Shown: one piece after another, positions 27,762 through 37,460 of the stretch
Layout of the letters: the number at the start of each line of letters is the position of its first letter
How positions within the stretch are numbered: position 1 is the stretch's first letter
NCBI GenBank assembly: GCA_902785555.1
Contig: CACZZB010000001.1
Coordinates: 35,282-99,281 of the forward strand
Reading direction: 5' to 3'
Source: an uncultured Ruminococcus sp.
GTDB lineage: Bacteria > Bacillota > Clostridia > Oscillospirales > Acutalibacteraceae
Length of the DNA stretch: 64,000 nt
The notes under the pieces: model-generated
What the model was told of the DNA's origin: nothing
Seen by the model: the letters and a program-made list of their open reading frames with translations, nothing else
The model's database searches: none
Program-made: the position numbers and the translations under genes

Positions 27762-28958
27762 TTAAAATTTTTTAAGTTTCATCAATTCATCAAGTATATT
27801 ATTTGCAGCATCATACTTTGACATCAATGGCAATTCCTTGATATCATCCTTGGTAATCAGTGTTATTACATTCGTATCAGTACCAAAGCCTGCTCCGCTT
27901 TGTTTTATGCTGTTTGCGGCTATCATATCACAATTTTTCTTTTCGAGCTTTTTTCTTGAATTTTCGATAAGATTTTCCGTTTCCATCGAAAATCCGCATA
28001 TTATCTGACCATGAACTTTATTTTCACCTGCATATTTCAGGATATCCTTTGTCCTTTTCAGTGATATCAACATATCACCGTCGGTTTTCTTTATCTTGTT
28101 ATCACTGTAACTGTCGGGTGTATAATCCGCAACTGCCGCTGCCATTATTATAACATCACTGTCGGATAAGTTTTCCGAAACGGCATTGAACATATCCTCA
28201 GCCGATTTTACATTGATACATTCCGCAAAAACAGGCGGTTTTATACTCACTGCACCGCTTATCAATACAACTTCCGCACCTCTTTCCGAAGCCGCCTGTG
28301 CTATGGCATAACCCATTTTTCCCGATGAATGATTCGTGATATATCTCACGGGGTCAATGGATTCCTGTGTAGGTCCTGCCGTTATCAGCACCTTCAGTCC
28401 CAAATAATCCTTTTCGTTTGATATCTCATGCTTTATATGCTCGATAAGAACATCTACGTCAGGCAATTTTCCGACTCCCGTATCGTTGCAGGCAAGTCTG
28501 CCAACAGCAGGAGATATTATCCTGTAATCATGTCTTTTCAGCTTTTCGATATTCTCCTGAACTATCGTATTCATAAACATATATTTATTCATGGCAGGGG
28601 CTATCAGGACAGGACATTTTGCCGCCATCACCATTGTCGAAAGCATATCATCAGCTATACCGTTGGCTATCTTTCCTATAATATTAGCTGATGCGGGGGC
28701 TATCATAAATACATCGGCTTTCTGTGAAAGTGAAACATGTGTCACACTGTATTCAAAATTCCTGTCGAATGTATCTACAAGACACTTCCTTCCCGTGAGG
28801 GTTTCAAAAGTTATCGGATTGATAAAATTAACGGCATTTTCCGTCATTATAACATGGACTTCACAGCCCTCTTTTACCAAGTCACTTACAAGCTGTGCAG
28901 ATTTATAAGCTGCTATGCTTCCCGTCACTCCGACAACAACTACTTTATTTTTCAACAT
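27762..28958 (-). CDS. coaBC: bifunctional phosphopantothenoylcysteine decarboxylase / phosphopantothenate-cysteine ligase
   Basis: 398 aa. N-terminal flavoprotein ..GVTGSIAAYK.. and a C-terminal DFP domain ..ITAGPT.E.IDPVR.I.N.SSGKMG.. Confidence 0.9.
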   Translation of the reverse strand: MLKNKVVVVGVTGSIAAYKSAQLVSDLVKEGCEVHVIMTENAVNFINPITFETLTGRKCLVDTFDRNFEYSVTHVSLSQKADVFMIAPASANIIGKIANGIADDMLSTMVMAAKCPVLIAPAMNKYMFMNTIVQENIEKLKRHDYRIISPAVGRLACNDTGVGKLPDVDVLIEHIKHEISNEKDYLGLKVLITAGPTQESIDPVRYITNHSSGKMGYAIAQAASERGAEVVLISGAVSIKPPVFAECINVKSAEDMFNAVSENLSDSDVIIMAAAVADYTPDSYSDNKIKKTDGDMLISLKRTKDILKYAGENKVHGQIICGFSMETENLIENSRKKLEKKNCDMIAANSIKQSGAGFGTDTNVITLITKDDIKELPLMSKYDAANNILDELMKLKKF

Positions 28959-29589
28959 ACAATTCCCACCTCAACATACATATTGCACTGCCCTCGTGCA
29001 AAGTTATTTTCGCTTCATCAGACCTGACAACATTACTTACTCCCAAAGGAAAATCAGCATTTAAAACAGACTTTTCAAGACCGTATTCAAATCCGTCAAG
29101 ACTTACTGTGCATTTTCCGCATCCGAACGGAAATATTGAAAATATATGCCCTGTTTTATTTTCTATAACTCTTGTTCCCGAAGTTATAACAAATATTTCG
29201 TTTTCACTGTCAAATACAGATGCTTTTATATCTCTTTCCGAAAGATACAGCAATGTACAGAAATTTGCATAACTATGGTCAATTCTTCCGCCCGTCATCC
29301 CGAAAAGAAGAAAATCTTTATATCCCCTCTTTATGCACTCTCTGACACAGTACATTGTATCCGTATCATCTTTATGAACAGGCAGTCTTATTTTTTCGCA
29401 TTCCAAATCCTCTGGGAATTCCGACGAATCGAAATCCCCTATCACCATATCGGGCTTTATCCCTGCACTGACAGCATATTCATATCCGCCGTCTGCACAG
29501 ACTATAAAATCATTACGGCTGACTTTTGAGGAAAGCATTTTTGTATCACATTCGGGCGATGCACCTATTATAACACATCTCTTTTTCAC
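28945..29589 (-). CDS. thiN: thiamine diphosphokinase
   Basis: 214 aa with ..CADGG......G..PD..IGDFDS.. and the ..KDDTD.. motif. Confidence 0.8.
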   Translation of the reverse strand: MKKRCVIIGASPECDTKMLSSKVSRNDFIVCADGGYEYAVSAGIKPDMVIGDFDSSEFPEDLECEKIRLPVHKDDTDTMYCVRECIKRGYKDFLLFGMTGGRIDHSYANFCTLLYLSERDIKASVFDSENEIFVITSGTRVIENKTGHIFSIFPFGCGKCTVSLDGFEYGLEKSVLNADFPLGVSNVVRSDEAKITLHEGSAICMLRWELYVEK

Positions 29590-29593
29590 AAAG

Positions 29594-30478
29594 TCACCCC
29601 CATTTAGGAATCGCTTTCACTTCATTATACATATATTTATAGCTTTCATGCCTTGATTTTGATATCTTGCCGTCAGCCAGTGCCTGCAATACTGCACAGC
29701 CTTTTTCGACTGTATGCGAACAGCCCGTAAATTTACAGTCATAAATATATTCCTCAAATTCGGGAAAACAAAGCTGTATTTTTTCAAGCTCTATTATTTC
29801 ATATCTTTCTATATCCACTGTCGAAAATCCCGGTGTATCTGCCACATATCCGCCATGTATCTTATAAAGTTCACTGTGACGGGTAGTATGTCTTCCACGA
29901 CCGAGTTTTCGGCTTATCTCTCCTGTTGCTATATCAAGCTCGGGAAAAAGAGAATTCAAAAGAGATGATTTTCCTACGCCTGTATTACCTGTAAAAGCCG
30001 AAATTTTATTCTCCAGCAAGGAAATTATCCTATCTTTTCCCTCACTCGTCTTGACACTGTATGACAGGGCTGTTATACCCGATTTTTCATATATCCCCAT
30101 CAGTTCATCACATTCAGCCAAATCCGACTTTGTGAATATTATTATAGGCTCTATACCCTTACTTATCGCAACAGCCGTTATTTTGTCAATAATGACTGTA
30201 TTCGGCAACGGTTCGGCTACTGATGATACTATAAAAAGCCTGTCAAGATTTGCAAGAGGGGGTCTGATAATATGATTCTTTCGTGAAAGTATCTCCTCAA
30301 CAGTCCCTTTGCCGTCATCCGAAAGACTTATATTTACTCTGTCACCGACACAAGGGCTCAGACCTTTTTTTCTGAATGAACCTCTTGCTTTACATTCATA
30401 TAGCATTTCAGCGGTTTCAACATAGTAGAAACCGCTGATAGCCTTAACAATCAATCCTGTTGTTAAAATTTTATCCAT
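29594..30478 (-). CDS. rsgA: ribosome small-subunit-dependent GTPase A
   Basis: OB-fold N-terminus, circularly permuted GTPase (..FTKSD.. before ..GNTGVGKSSL..) and a C-terminal zinc-finger Cys cluster. Confidence 0.88.
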   Translation of the reverse strand: MDKILTTGLIVKAISGFYYVETAEMLYECKARGSFRKKGLSPCVGDRVNISLSDDGKGTVEEILSRKNHIIRPPLANLDRLFIVSSVAEPLPNTVIIDKITAVAISKGIEPIIIFTKSDLAECDELMGIYEKSGITALSYSVKTSEGKDRIISLLENKISAFTGNTGVGKSSLLNSLFPELDIATGEISRKLGRGRHTTRHSELYKIHGGYVADTPGFSTVDIERYEIIELEKIQLCFPEFEEYIYDCKFTGCSHTVEKGCAVLQALADGKISKSRHESYKYMYNEVKAIPKWG

Positions 30479-30492
30479 TTGATGTTATTACC

Positions 30493-32892
30493 TCAAAGAT
30501 TGCCTAATATTACTTCATAACCATGTCTTACATAATCGAACAATACAGGTTTTGATTCAGGTTCTTCATTGACAGGCTGTTCTCCAGCCGAAGATTCTTC
30601 TTCGGAAGATTCTTCTTCGGAAGATTCTTCTTCGGAAGATTCTTCTTCGGAAGATTCTTCTTCGGACGGCTCAGCTGACGATTCTTCCTCTGACGGTTCT
30701 TCGGGTATAGGCTCAAATCCGTCAAGTTTTCCCATGCCTTCACTGAGATAGTCGTTTATTTCAGATTCACTCGTTGAATTTCTTATATAGCTTCTGTATT
30801 CATCTATGATACTGTACATTGTGTTTTGGTCTTCCTCATAGTATTCCGACATATCACTTATATAATTCTCAAGCGAGTATACAGCACTTGATTTTTCCTT
30901 TTCAAGCGGGTCTGAACCCTGTTTTACCCTGTAATCCGTATTCAGATAATCTCTTGTGACAGTCTGATTCTTGAAGTCAAACGTAAATGCTTCATATCTT
31001 ACGTCATCTATCATAACAACAACTGTCTTTTTATTATTCTTAGCACCTTCCGGCTCAAGATAAATGCTCTTTTTGAATCCGTATGCCGGTTTGCCTGATA
31101 CTTCCTCAGCCTTTACAGCATCAACATAGATAGTAACTTTTATCTCTGCATATTCGTCATTCGGCAAGTCTATTGCCTGTTCTATTCCTCTTATTATCTT
31201 GCTTCCGTCACTTACCTGTATTGTGATAAGAGAGCCTTTTGTCAGGGTATTTCCCGCAAGCGGGTCTGTAAGTATGACTTCACCTGCCGTTACCGCACTT
31301 GAAACAGTTGATTTCTGTGTCTGGAAGCCTGCCGCTTCAAGCTCATATTTCGCTGAATCGTAGCTCTTTCCAACAACATCCGGCACTTTCACTTCAGGCA
31401 TCGTAGGACCGTCACTTACTATAAGTGTTATTATCGTACCGATAGACTGCTCTGTTCCCTCCTGAGGAGCACAGTTTATTATATATCCCTTGCTGACTTC
31501 ATCACTGTTTACACGTTTTATCTCATAATTGAAATATCTGTCTGTCAGTTTGTCTATCGCTTCTTTTTCAAGATAATTCTTTACTTTCGGAACTTCTGCC
31601 TTTGTACTCTTGCTGTTTATCGTCAGTTTGATAGTCGCATTTTCCTTTATCTGCTTTGAATTGGCTTCGGGATTCTGGGCAAGAACGATATTTACGGGCT
31701 TTGTATTGTCATATTTTGCCGTTATATCATAATTGAATTTATATTCTTTATTATTCAGTATCTCATCATATATCTGTCCGACAAAATTCGGTACATCCAC
31801 ACTTTTTACATCTGTTGTACGGCTGAATGTCCGTGCAAGATTTATTATGAATACTATCAGCATGATAAGTACAAGGAGAGTTATTCCGACAGCAACAAAT
31901 GTTACAAATTTCTTTGATCTGTTTGATGCTGCATCATCTTCCTCAATAACATAGTCGTCTTCATAAACGCTGTCATTGGTCGATACCAGCTTGACTGTAT
32001 TTATAGATTCAACTTCCCTTGTAGGAGCCTGATCGACATAGTATGTGTAGTGGAACTTCATTGACGGGTCTCGTCTGAACATCTCTATCGCTTCAAGCAT
32101 TTCTTTGGCAGTCGCAAAACGCTGCTTAGGCTCTTTACGCATTGCTCTTAAAGTTATCTGCTCTATGCCCTCCGGAATCTTGTCATTAAGCTCACGAAGC
32201 GGCTTCGGCTCATTCTGCATTTGCATTATAGCCACCGATACAGCATTGTCGGCTTCAAACGGAAGCTGTCCCGTGAGCATCTCATAGAGCATCACACCCA
32301 CAGAATATATATCGGCTTTGCCGTCGATAACTCCTCCCCTTGCCTGTTCGGGAGCTATATAATGCACAGAACCGATAGTCTTGCTTGTCATTGTACGTGT
32401 TTCGTTGTTGGATATCCTTGCAATGCCAAAATCTGTGACCTTGATACTTCCGTCCTGCAAAAGCATTATATTCTGAGGTTTTATATCCCTGTGAACTATT
32501 CCCTTTTCATGGGCGTGCTGAAGTGCCTGAAGTATCTGCACCGTAAAATGCACTGCCTCTTTCCACGGTATGACCTTCTGCTGACCGATATATTCTTTCA
32601 AAGTAATACCGTCGATATATTCCATAACTATATACTGTATCTTATCACCGAAGCTCACATCATATACCTTTACGATATTCGGGTGTGAAAGAACAGCTAT
32701 CGCTTTCGACTCATTCTTGAATCTTCTCATAAACTCCGCATTGCCTAAAAATTCATCTTTAAGAATCTTTATGGCAACCGTTTTGTCATCAATGCTGTCA
32801 TAAGCCTTATAGACCATTGCCATTCCGCCAACACCTATAAGCTCCTTTATTTCATAACGGCTGTCAAGCCTTCTTCCTACATATTTATCCAT
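30493..32892 (-). CDS. prkC: PASTA-domain Ser/Thr protein kinase with an extra C-terminal region
   Basis: Kinase motifs GGMAMVYKA, HRDIKPQN, DFGIA and APE. One TM and three PASTA-like units (VPNFVGQ, VPKVKNY, VPDVVGK). A further 235 aa follows, including an SEEES repeat tract. Confidence 0.9.
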   Translation of the reverse strand: MDKYVGRRLDSRYEIKELIGVGGMAMVYKAYDSIDDKTVAIKILKDEFLGNAEFMRRFKNESKAIAVLSHPNIVKVYDVSFGDKIQYIVMEYIDGITLKEYIGQQKVIPWKEAVHFTVQILQALQHAHEKGIVHRDIKPQNIMLLQDGSIKVTDFGIARISNNETRTMTSKTIGSVHYIAPEQARGGVIDGKADIYSVGVMLYEMLTGQLPFEADNAVSVAIMQMQNEPKPLRELNDKIPEGIEQITLRAMRKEPKQRFATAKEMLEAIEMFRRDPSMKFHYTYYVDQAPTREVESINTVKLVSTNDSVYEDDYVIEEDDAASNRSKKFVTFVAVGITLLVLIMLIVFIINLARTFSRTTDVKSVDVPNFVGQIYDEILNNKEYKFNYDITAKYDNTKPVNIVLAQNPEANSKQIKENATIKLTINSKSTKAEVPKVKNYLEKEAIDKLTDRYFNYEIKRVNSDEVSKGYIINCAPQEGTEQSIGTIITLIVSDGPTMPEVKVPDVVGKSYDSAKYELEAAGFQTQKSTVSSAVTAGEVILTDPLAGNTLTKGSLITIQVSDGSKIIRGIEQAIDLPNDEYAEIKVTIYVDAVKAEEVSGKPAYGFKKSIYLEPEGAKNNKKTVVVMIDDVRYEAFTFDFKNQTVTRDYLNTDYRVKQGSDPLEKEKSSAVYSLENYISDMSEYYEEDQNTMYSIIDEYRSYIRNSTSESEINDYLSEGMGKLDGFEPIPEEPSEEESSAEPSEEESSEEESSEEESSEEESSEEESSAGEQPVNEEPESKPVLFDYVRHGYEVILGNL
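30590..30664 (-). repeat. perfect 15-bp tandem repeat x5 inside prkC (encodes the SEEES repeats)
   Basis: gaagattcttcttcg repeated five times head to tail without mismatch. Confidence 0.95.
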
Positions 32893-32916
32893 TCAATAAA
32901 TCTCCTTTCCGGATAA

Positions 32917-33645
32917 TCAGCCCTCAATTACAACAACCGTGATATTATCACTGCCGCCCATTTTTTTTGCCTGTTCAATGAGCTTTTCGGCAAGCTCATC
33001 ACCTTCATATCTCTGTATGAACTCGGCAAGACTGTCCTCTGTTATATAATTTGAAAGTCCGTCAGTGCACATTATCAATACACTGCCCTTTGAAAATCCC
33101 GCATAATTATAATCTGTCCTGAGATTTGCCCTTGTTCCCAATGCTCTTGTAATGATATTCTTATTCGGATGGTTCTGTGCCTGTTCGGGAGTTATCTGAC
33201 CTATATCGACAAGCTCCTGAACCATTGAATGGTCTTTTGTAATCTGCCTGACAGAGCCGTTTTCATAGAGATATGCACGGCTGTCACCTGCGTGGACTAT
33301 ATGTACCTTTTCGTCCCTGACTACCACTGCAACAACTGTCGTACCCATTCCATAAAGTGAATAGACATTTTGTGATATTCCGTACACTCTCTGATTGGCT
33401 ATCTCTATGGCTGTACTGACCAATTTTTCGATATCATTACGATACTTTTCATCACTATACAGTGCTGTTATCTGCTCGGCTATCGTATCCGTTGCGATAC
33501 GGCTTGCTGTTGAACCGCCGTTTGCTCCGCCCATACCGTCACAGACTATCGCCCATACCGTACCGTCATTCAAAAGACCCGTCCTGCAATAATCCTGATT
33601 TGAACTTCTGACAAGTCCCGTATCCGTTCTGGAACATACCTGCAC
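32917..33645 (-). CDS. stp: PP2C-family Ser/Thr phosphatase
   Basis: ..R..NQD......V.DGMGG.. and ..GGSDNITVVV.. motifs. GTG start with RBS aaggag. Confidence 0.88.
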   Translation of the reverse strand: MQVCSRTDTGLVRSSNQDYCRTGLLNDGTVWAIVCDGMGGANGGSTASRIATDTIAEQITALYSDEKYRNDIEKLVSTAIEIANQRVYGISQNVYSLYGMGTTVVAVVVRDEKVHIVHAGDSRAYLYENGSVRQITKDHSMVQELVDIGQITPEQAQNHPNKNIITRALGTRANLRTDYNYAGFSKGSVLIMCTDGLSNYITEDSLAEFIQRYEGDELAEKLIEQAKKMGGSDNITVVVIEG

Positions 33646-33651
33646 TTTTTT

Positions 33652-34692
33652 TCACTCCTTTTTTGAACCGTCTTTAACAGAACGGCGTAATTGTCCGCAT
33701 GAAGCGTTTATATCGCTTCCGAGAGTCCTGCGTACCGTTGCGGTTATACCCGATTTTTCGAGTACCGCAATAAATTTCCTTATGCTTTCCTTTTTGCTTT
33801 TTTCATAGCCCGTACCGCTGACAGTATTTACGGGGATAAGATTGACATGGCTCAGGATTCCTTTCAGCCTTTGGGCAAGCTCTTTTGCACACGCTTCACT
33901 GTCATTGACACCGTCTATCATTGCATATTCAAATGATATCCTCCTGCCTGTCGTGTCGGAATAATACTTACAGGCTTTCAACAGTTCGGAAATATTATAT
34001 TTCCTGTTAACGGGCATCGTTCTGCTTCTTATCCGGTCATTCGGTGCATGAAGCGACACCGACAGCGTAAGCTGTAATTTCATATCGGCAAGCTCATATA
34101 TCCTCGGCACTATACCGCACGTTGAAAGAGATATATGCCTCATGCCTATATTCATGCCGTTCTCGCTGCTGACGAGTTTCAGAAATCTTATTACATTATC
34201 AAAATTATCCAACGGCTCACCCATTCCCATAAGAACTATATTTGATATCCTTATATCATTATCCGCTTGTTCAGCCTGTATCTGTGATATCATTTCGGAT
34301 GCCGTCAGATTTCTTGAAAATCCTCCCTGACCTGTCGCACAGAATGTACATCCCATCTTACAGCCAACCTGCGTTGATATACAGCTTGTATAGCCGTGAT
34401 GATACTTCATCAGGACAGATTCGACTGTTTCACCGTCTGCAAACGAAAACAAATATTTCTTTGTATCATCATAAGACGAAATCAATTTTTTTTCAATAGC
34501 TGCATTCGATATATAGTATCTTTCCATAAGACTTTCACGAAGTTTCTTTGAAATATTGGTCATTTCATCAAAAGACTTTACACCCGAATGAAGCCATTTA
34601 TATACCTGCAATGCCCTGTAAGCAGGTTCGCCCATTTCTGCAAATTTTTCTTTAAGCTCATGCTCATACATTGACTTTATATCTTCGGGCAT
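33652..34692 (-). CDS. rlmN: 23S rRNA/tRNA adenine-C2 methyltransferase, radical SAM
   Basis: CxxxCxxC present as GCKMGCTFCATG, plus ..MGMGEPL.N.. and the ...SLH.. motif. ATG at 34692 (RBS aggaag) avoids overlap with rsmB. Confidence 0.9.
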   Translation of the reverse strand: MPEDIKSMYEHELKEKFAEMGEPAYRALQVYKWLHSGVKSFDEMTNISKKLRESLMERYYISNAAIEKKLISSYDDTKKYLFSFADGETVESVLMKYHHGYTSCISTQVGCKMGCTFCATGQGGFSRNLTASEMISQIQAEQADNDIRISNIVLMGMGEPLDNFDNVIRFLKLVSSENGMNIGMRHISLSTCGIVPRIYELADMKLQLTLSVSLHAPNDRIRSRTMPVNRKYNISELLKACKYYSDTTGRRISFEYAMIDGVNDSEACAKELAQRLKGILSHVNLIPVNTVSGTGYEKSKKESIRKFIAVLEKSGITATVRRTLGSDINASCGQLRRSVKDGSKKE

Positions 34693-34696
34693 AATA

Positions 34697-36028
34697 TCAC
34701 TTCCTTCTGAAAGCACTTATAAAAAATCCATCTGTATCATTGATATGAGGGAAAAGTGTCAGTTCATTTTCATTTTCCTCGATACCTCTTTTTATATTAT
34801 CGGGAAGTTTCAGTGCATACGGTTCAAACTCCTCATGCTCACTCAGGAACTTTCTTACATTCTGATTATTTTCCCAAGGATTCAGCGTACAGGTGGAATA
34901 CACCAATATTCCTCCGCTTTTGACGAATTTTGCACTGTTGCACAATATAAGATACTGTATATCGGGCAGTGTGTCAACGCCCAGGTCTTCTTTATATCTC
35001 AGTTCGGGCTTTCTTCTTATAATACCCAATCCCGAACACGGTACATCACACAATACCCTGTCAGCCATAGGCAAATCGCTTATCTTTGAAGAATCCCCCG
35101 CAACTGTCGATATAATATCTATCGAAAGCCTCTTTGCACCATTTTCTACAAGTCCGAGTCTTGATTCATACAAATCACATGAAACTATCCTGCCCTTGTT
35201 GTTCATCATCTGTGCAAGTGTAAAACTCTTTCCTCCCGGAGCTGCACAGACATCAAGGACTGTTTGGTTTTCACCGACTTCAAGCATTTTGCAGCATAAC
35301 TGTGAAGCCGTATCCTGTATATGAAAAAATCCTTTTCTGTACTGAGGCAGCTTTTCTATCGAGCCTGTATTTGAAAGTATCAGACAATTTTCGGTCAATT
35401 CACTGTATTCCGCATGAACTCCCGAATCTTCAAATGACTTTTTCAATTCATCAATACTTGTTTTCAGAGTATTCACTCTTGCATTTATCGGCGGTCTGCC
35501 GTCAAGTGAACAGAGTATATCTTTTGTTATATCATCACCGTAGCTTTGCCGCCATATTTTTACTATCCTCTCGGGACATGAAAATTCTATCGAATAAAAC
35601 TTGCTTCTTCCCTTTTTGGGATTCGGAAGCTTAATGCTGCCGTATTCCAGAGCCGCATGAAGTATACCGTTGACAAATCCCGCTGCACTTGACAGCTTAT
35701 TCTTATGACATAGCTCTACTGTTTCATTCACTGCCACAGGAGCAGGTACACCGTTCATGAAAAATATCTGATACAATCCCATTCTGAGAATAGTTATTAT
35801 TTCCATATCCAGCTTATTCAGTGGAATATCCGAATATGCAGATATATTATAGTCCAAAAGCAGACATTTTTCGATAACACCGTAAAAAATGCCCGATACA
35901 AAATTTTTATCACGCTGCGAAAGAGAGCTTTTTGAAAGTATCATATCCAACGCTATATTTGAATAAGAACTGTCCCTTTCAACACGCATCAAAGCTGTAA
36001 AAGCTGTTTGTCTTGATGTTTCCGTCAT
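34697..36028 (-). CDS. rsmB: 16S rRNA (cytosine967-C5)-methyltransferase
   Basis: N-terminal NusB-like region. SAM motif ..LDVCAAPGGKS.. and catalytic ..DVPCSGLG.. and ..YSTCT.. Confidence 0.88.
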   Translation of the reverse strand: MTETSRQTAFTALMRVERDSSYSNIALDMILSKSSLSQRDKNFVSGIFYGVIEKCLLLDYNISAYSDIPLNKLDMEIITILRMGLYQIFFMNGVPAPVAVNETVELCHKNKLSSAAGFVNGILHAALEYGSIKLPNPKKGRSKFYSIEFSCPERIVKIWRQSYGDDITKDILCSLDGRPPINARVNTLKTSIDELKKSFEDSGVHAEYSELTENCLILSNTGSIEKLPQYRKGFFHIQDTASQLCCKMLEVGENQTVLDVCAAPGGKSFTLAQMMNNKGRIVSCDLYESRLGLVENGAKRLSIDIISTVAGDSSKISDLPMADRVLCDVPCSGLGIIRRKPELRYKEDLGVDTLPDIQYLILCNSAKFVKSGGILVYSTCTLNPWENNQNVRKFLSEHEEFEPYALKLPDNIKRGIEENENELTLFPHINDTDGFFISAFRRK

Positions 36029-36045
36029 AACAACGCTCCCGTTTT

Positions 36046-36960
36046 TTACGAAAATTTCAAATCCTTTGTTCCCATATTCTTCAAACCGTTTGCAAAATCC
36101 TTTGCAGACATTCTTTTTTTGCCTTCGGGCTGTATTTCGAGTATCTCAAGAGAACCCTCTCCGCAGCCGACTGTAAACGGACTTAACGACAATATCTTTC
36201 CCGCTTCGCCCTTATCATCCTTAACAAGCGTTCTGTATATCTTCATACGCTTTCCGTCAAGAAATGCTGTTCCTGTCAATGCCCTTACAAGATCATGCAG
36301 TTCCTTTGCAGGTCTTGTAAAATCCATTTTCATCATATCCTTCGTCAGCATCCCTACATAAGACGACTTTGAATCATCCTGCTTTTCACGGACAAGCAAG
36401 CCTTTTTCCGCATCATGCACTACTTTAACGATAAGTTCAGCTCCCATCTGTGAAAGCCTGTCATGCAGTTCGTCTATCGTTTCATTTTCATCAATATCCG
36501 TTTCGGCTTTCATCAGCATATCGCCTGTATCAAGTCCTACATCCATCAGCATTGCCGTCACACCTGTTTTATCCCTGCCGTCAAGTATCACCTGCTGTAT
36601 CGGTGCCGCTCCCCTGTATTCGGGCAAAAGAGAAGCGTGTATATTCACACAGCCGTATTTCGGATAGTCAAGTATCTCTTTCGGCAATATCTTTCCATAG
36701 GCTACTACCACTATCATTTCAGGGGCAAGCTCTTTTATTATCTCCATAGCCTCACCGTTTTTCAGCGTTGTCGGCTGATACACTTTTATATCATTCTCCT
36801 GTGCACATACCTTGACGGGTGACGGCAAAAGCTGATTCCCACGTCTGCCCCTCGGTTTATCGGGCTGTGTGAAGACCCCTTTTATCTCATTCCCGTCAGA
36901 TATCAGTGCTTTCAGACACGGCACAGAAAAATCAGGCGTTCCCATAAAAACTATTTTCAT
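36046..36960 (-). CDS. fmt: methionyl-tRNA formyltransferase
   Basis: MKIVFMGTPDF.. start and ..N.H.SLLP.YRGAAPI.. motif. Confidence 0.92.
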   Translation of the reverse strand: MKIVFMGTPDFSVPCLKALISDGNEIKGVFTQPDKPRGRRGNQLLPSPVKVCAQENDIKVYQPTTLKNGEAMEIIKELAPEMIVVVAYGKILPKEILDYPKYGCVNIHASLLPEYRGAAPIQQVILDGRDKTGVTAMLMDVGLDTGDMLMKAETDIDENETIDELHDRLSQMGAELIVKVVHDAEKGLLVREKQDDSKSSYVGMLTKDMMKMDFTRPAKELHDLVRALTGTAFLDGKRMKIYRTLVKDDKGEAGKILSLSPFTVGCGEGSLEILEIQPEGKKRMSAKDFANGLKNMGTKDLKFS

Positions 36961-36970
36961 ATATAATCAC

Positions 36971-37435
36971 TCATTCCGTTTCATTCGGTTTAAGCATCCT
37001 TATGATATGCTCTTTGAAAAGTATCCCGTCAAGGTGGTCATTCTCATGGCATATAGCCTTTGCAAGAAGTCCCTCTGCATTGATGGTGAACTGGTCACCG
37101 TGACGGTTCTGTGCAACTGCCGTTACATACATCGGACGTTTTGTTATGCCAAACTCTCCCGGACATGACAGACAGCCCTCACTTGATTCCTGTACACCCC
37201 TTGTTTTTATTATTTTGGGATTGATAAATTCCATTCTTCCCTCGCCTATATCTATGACAAAAATCCTTCTGAGTATTCCGACCTGTGGTGCGGCAAGTCC
37301 CACTCCTCCTCCGTTATCCATGGTTTCATACATATCTTCTATCAGAGTTTCCAGCTTTTCATCAAACTTCTCAACGGGACGGCATACTTTAGTCAATACA
37401 GGGTCGCCCTCTTTTACAATATTTCTTATAGCCAT
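36971..37435 (-). CDS. def: peptide deformylase
   Basis: Motifs GVGLAAPQ, EGCLS and HENDH. Confidence 0.93.
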   Translation of the reverse strand: MAIRNIVKEGDPVLTKVCRPVEKFDEKLETLIEDMYETMDNGGGVGLAAPQVGILRRIFVIDIGEGRMEFINPKIIKTRGVQESSEGCLSCPGEFGITKRPMYVTAVAQNRHGDQFTINAEGLLAKAICHENDHLDGILFKEHIIRMLKPNETE

Positions 37436-37460
37436 AAAAAAACTTACTCCTTTCTTTAAT

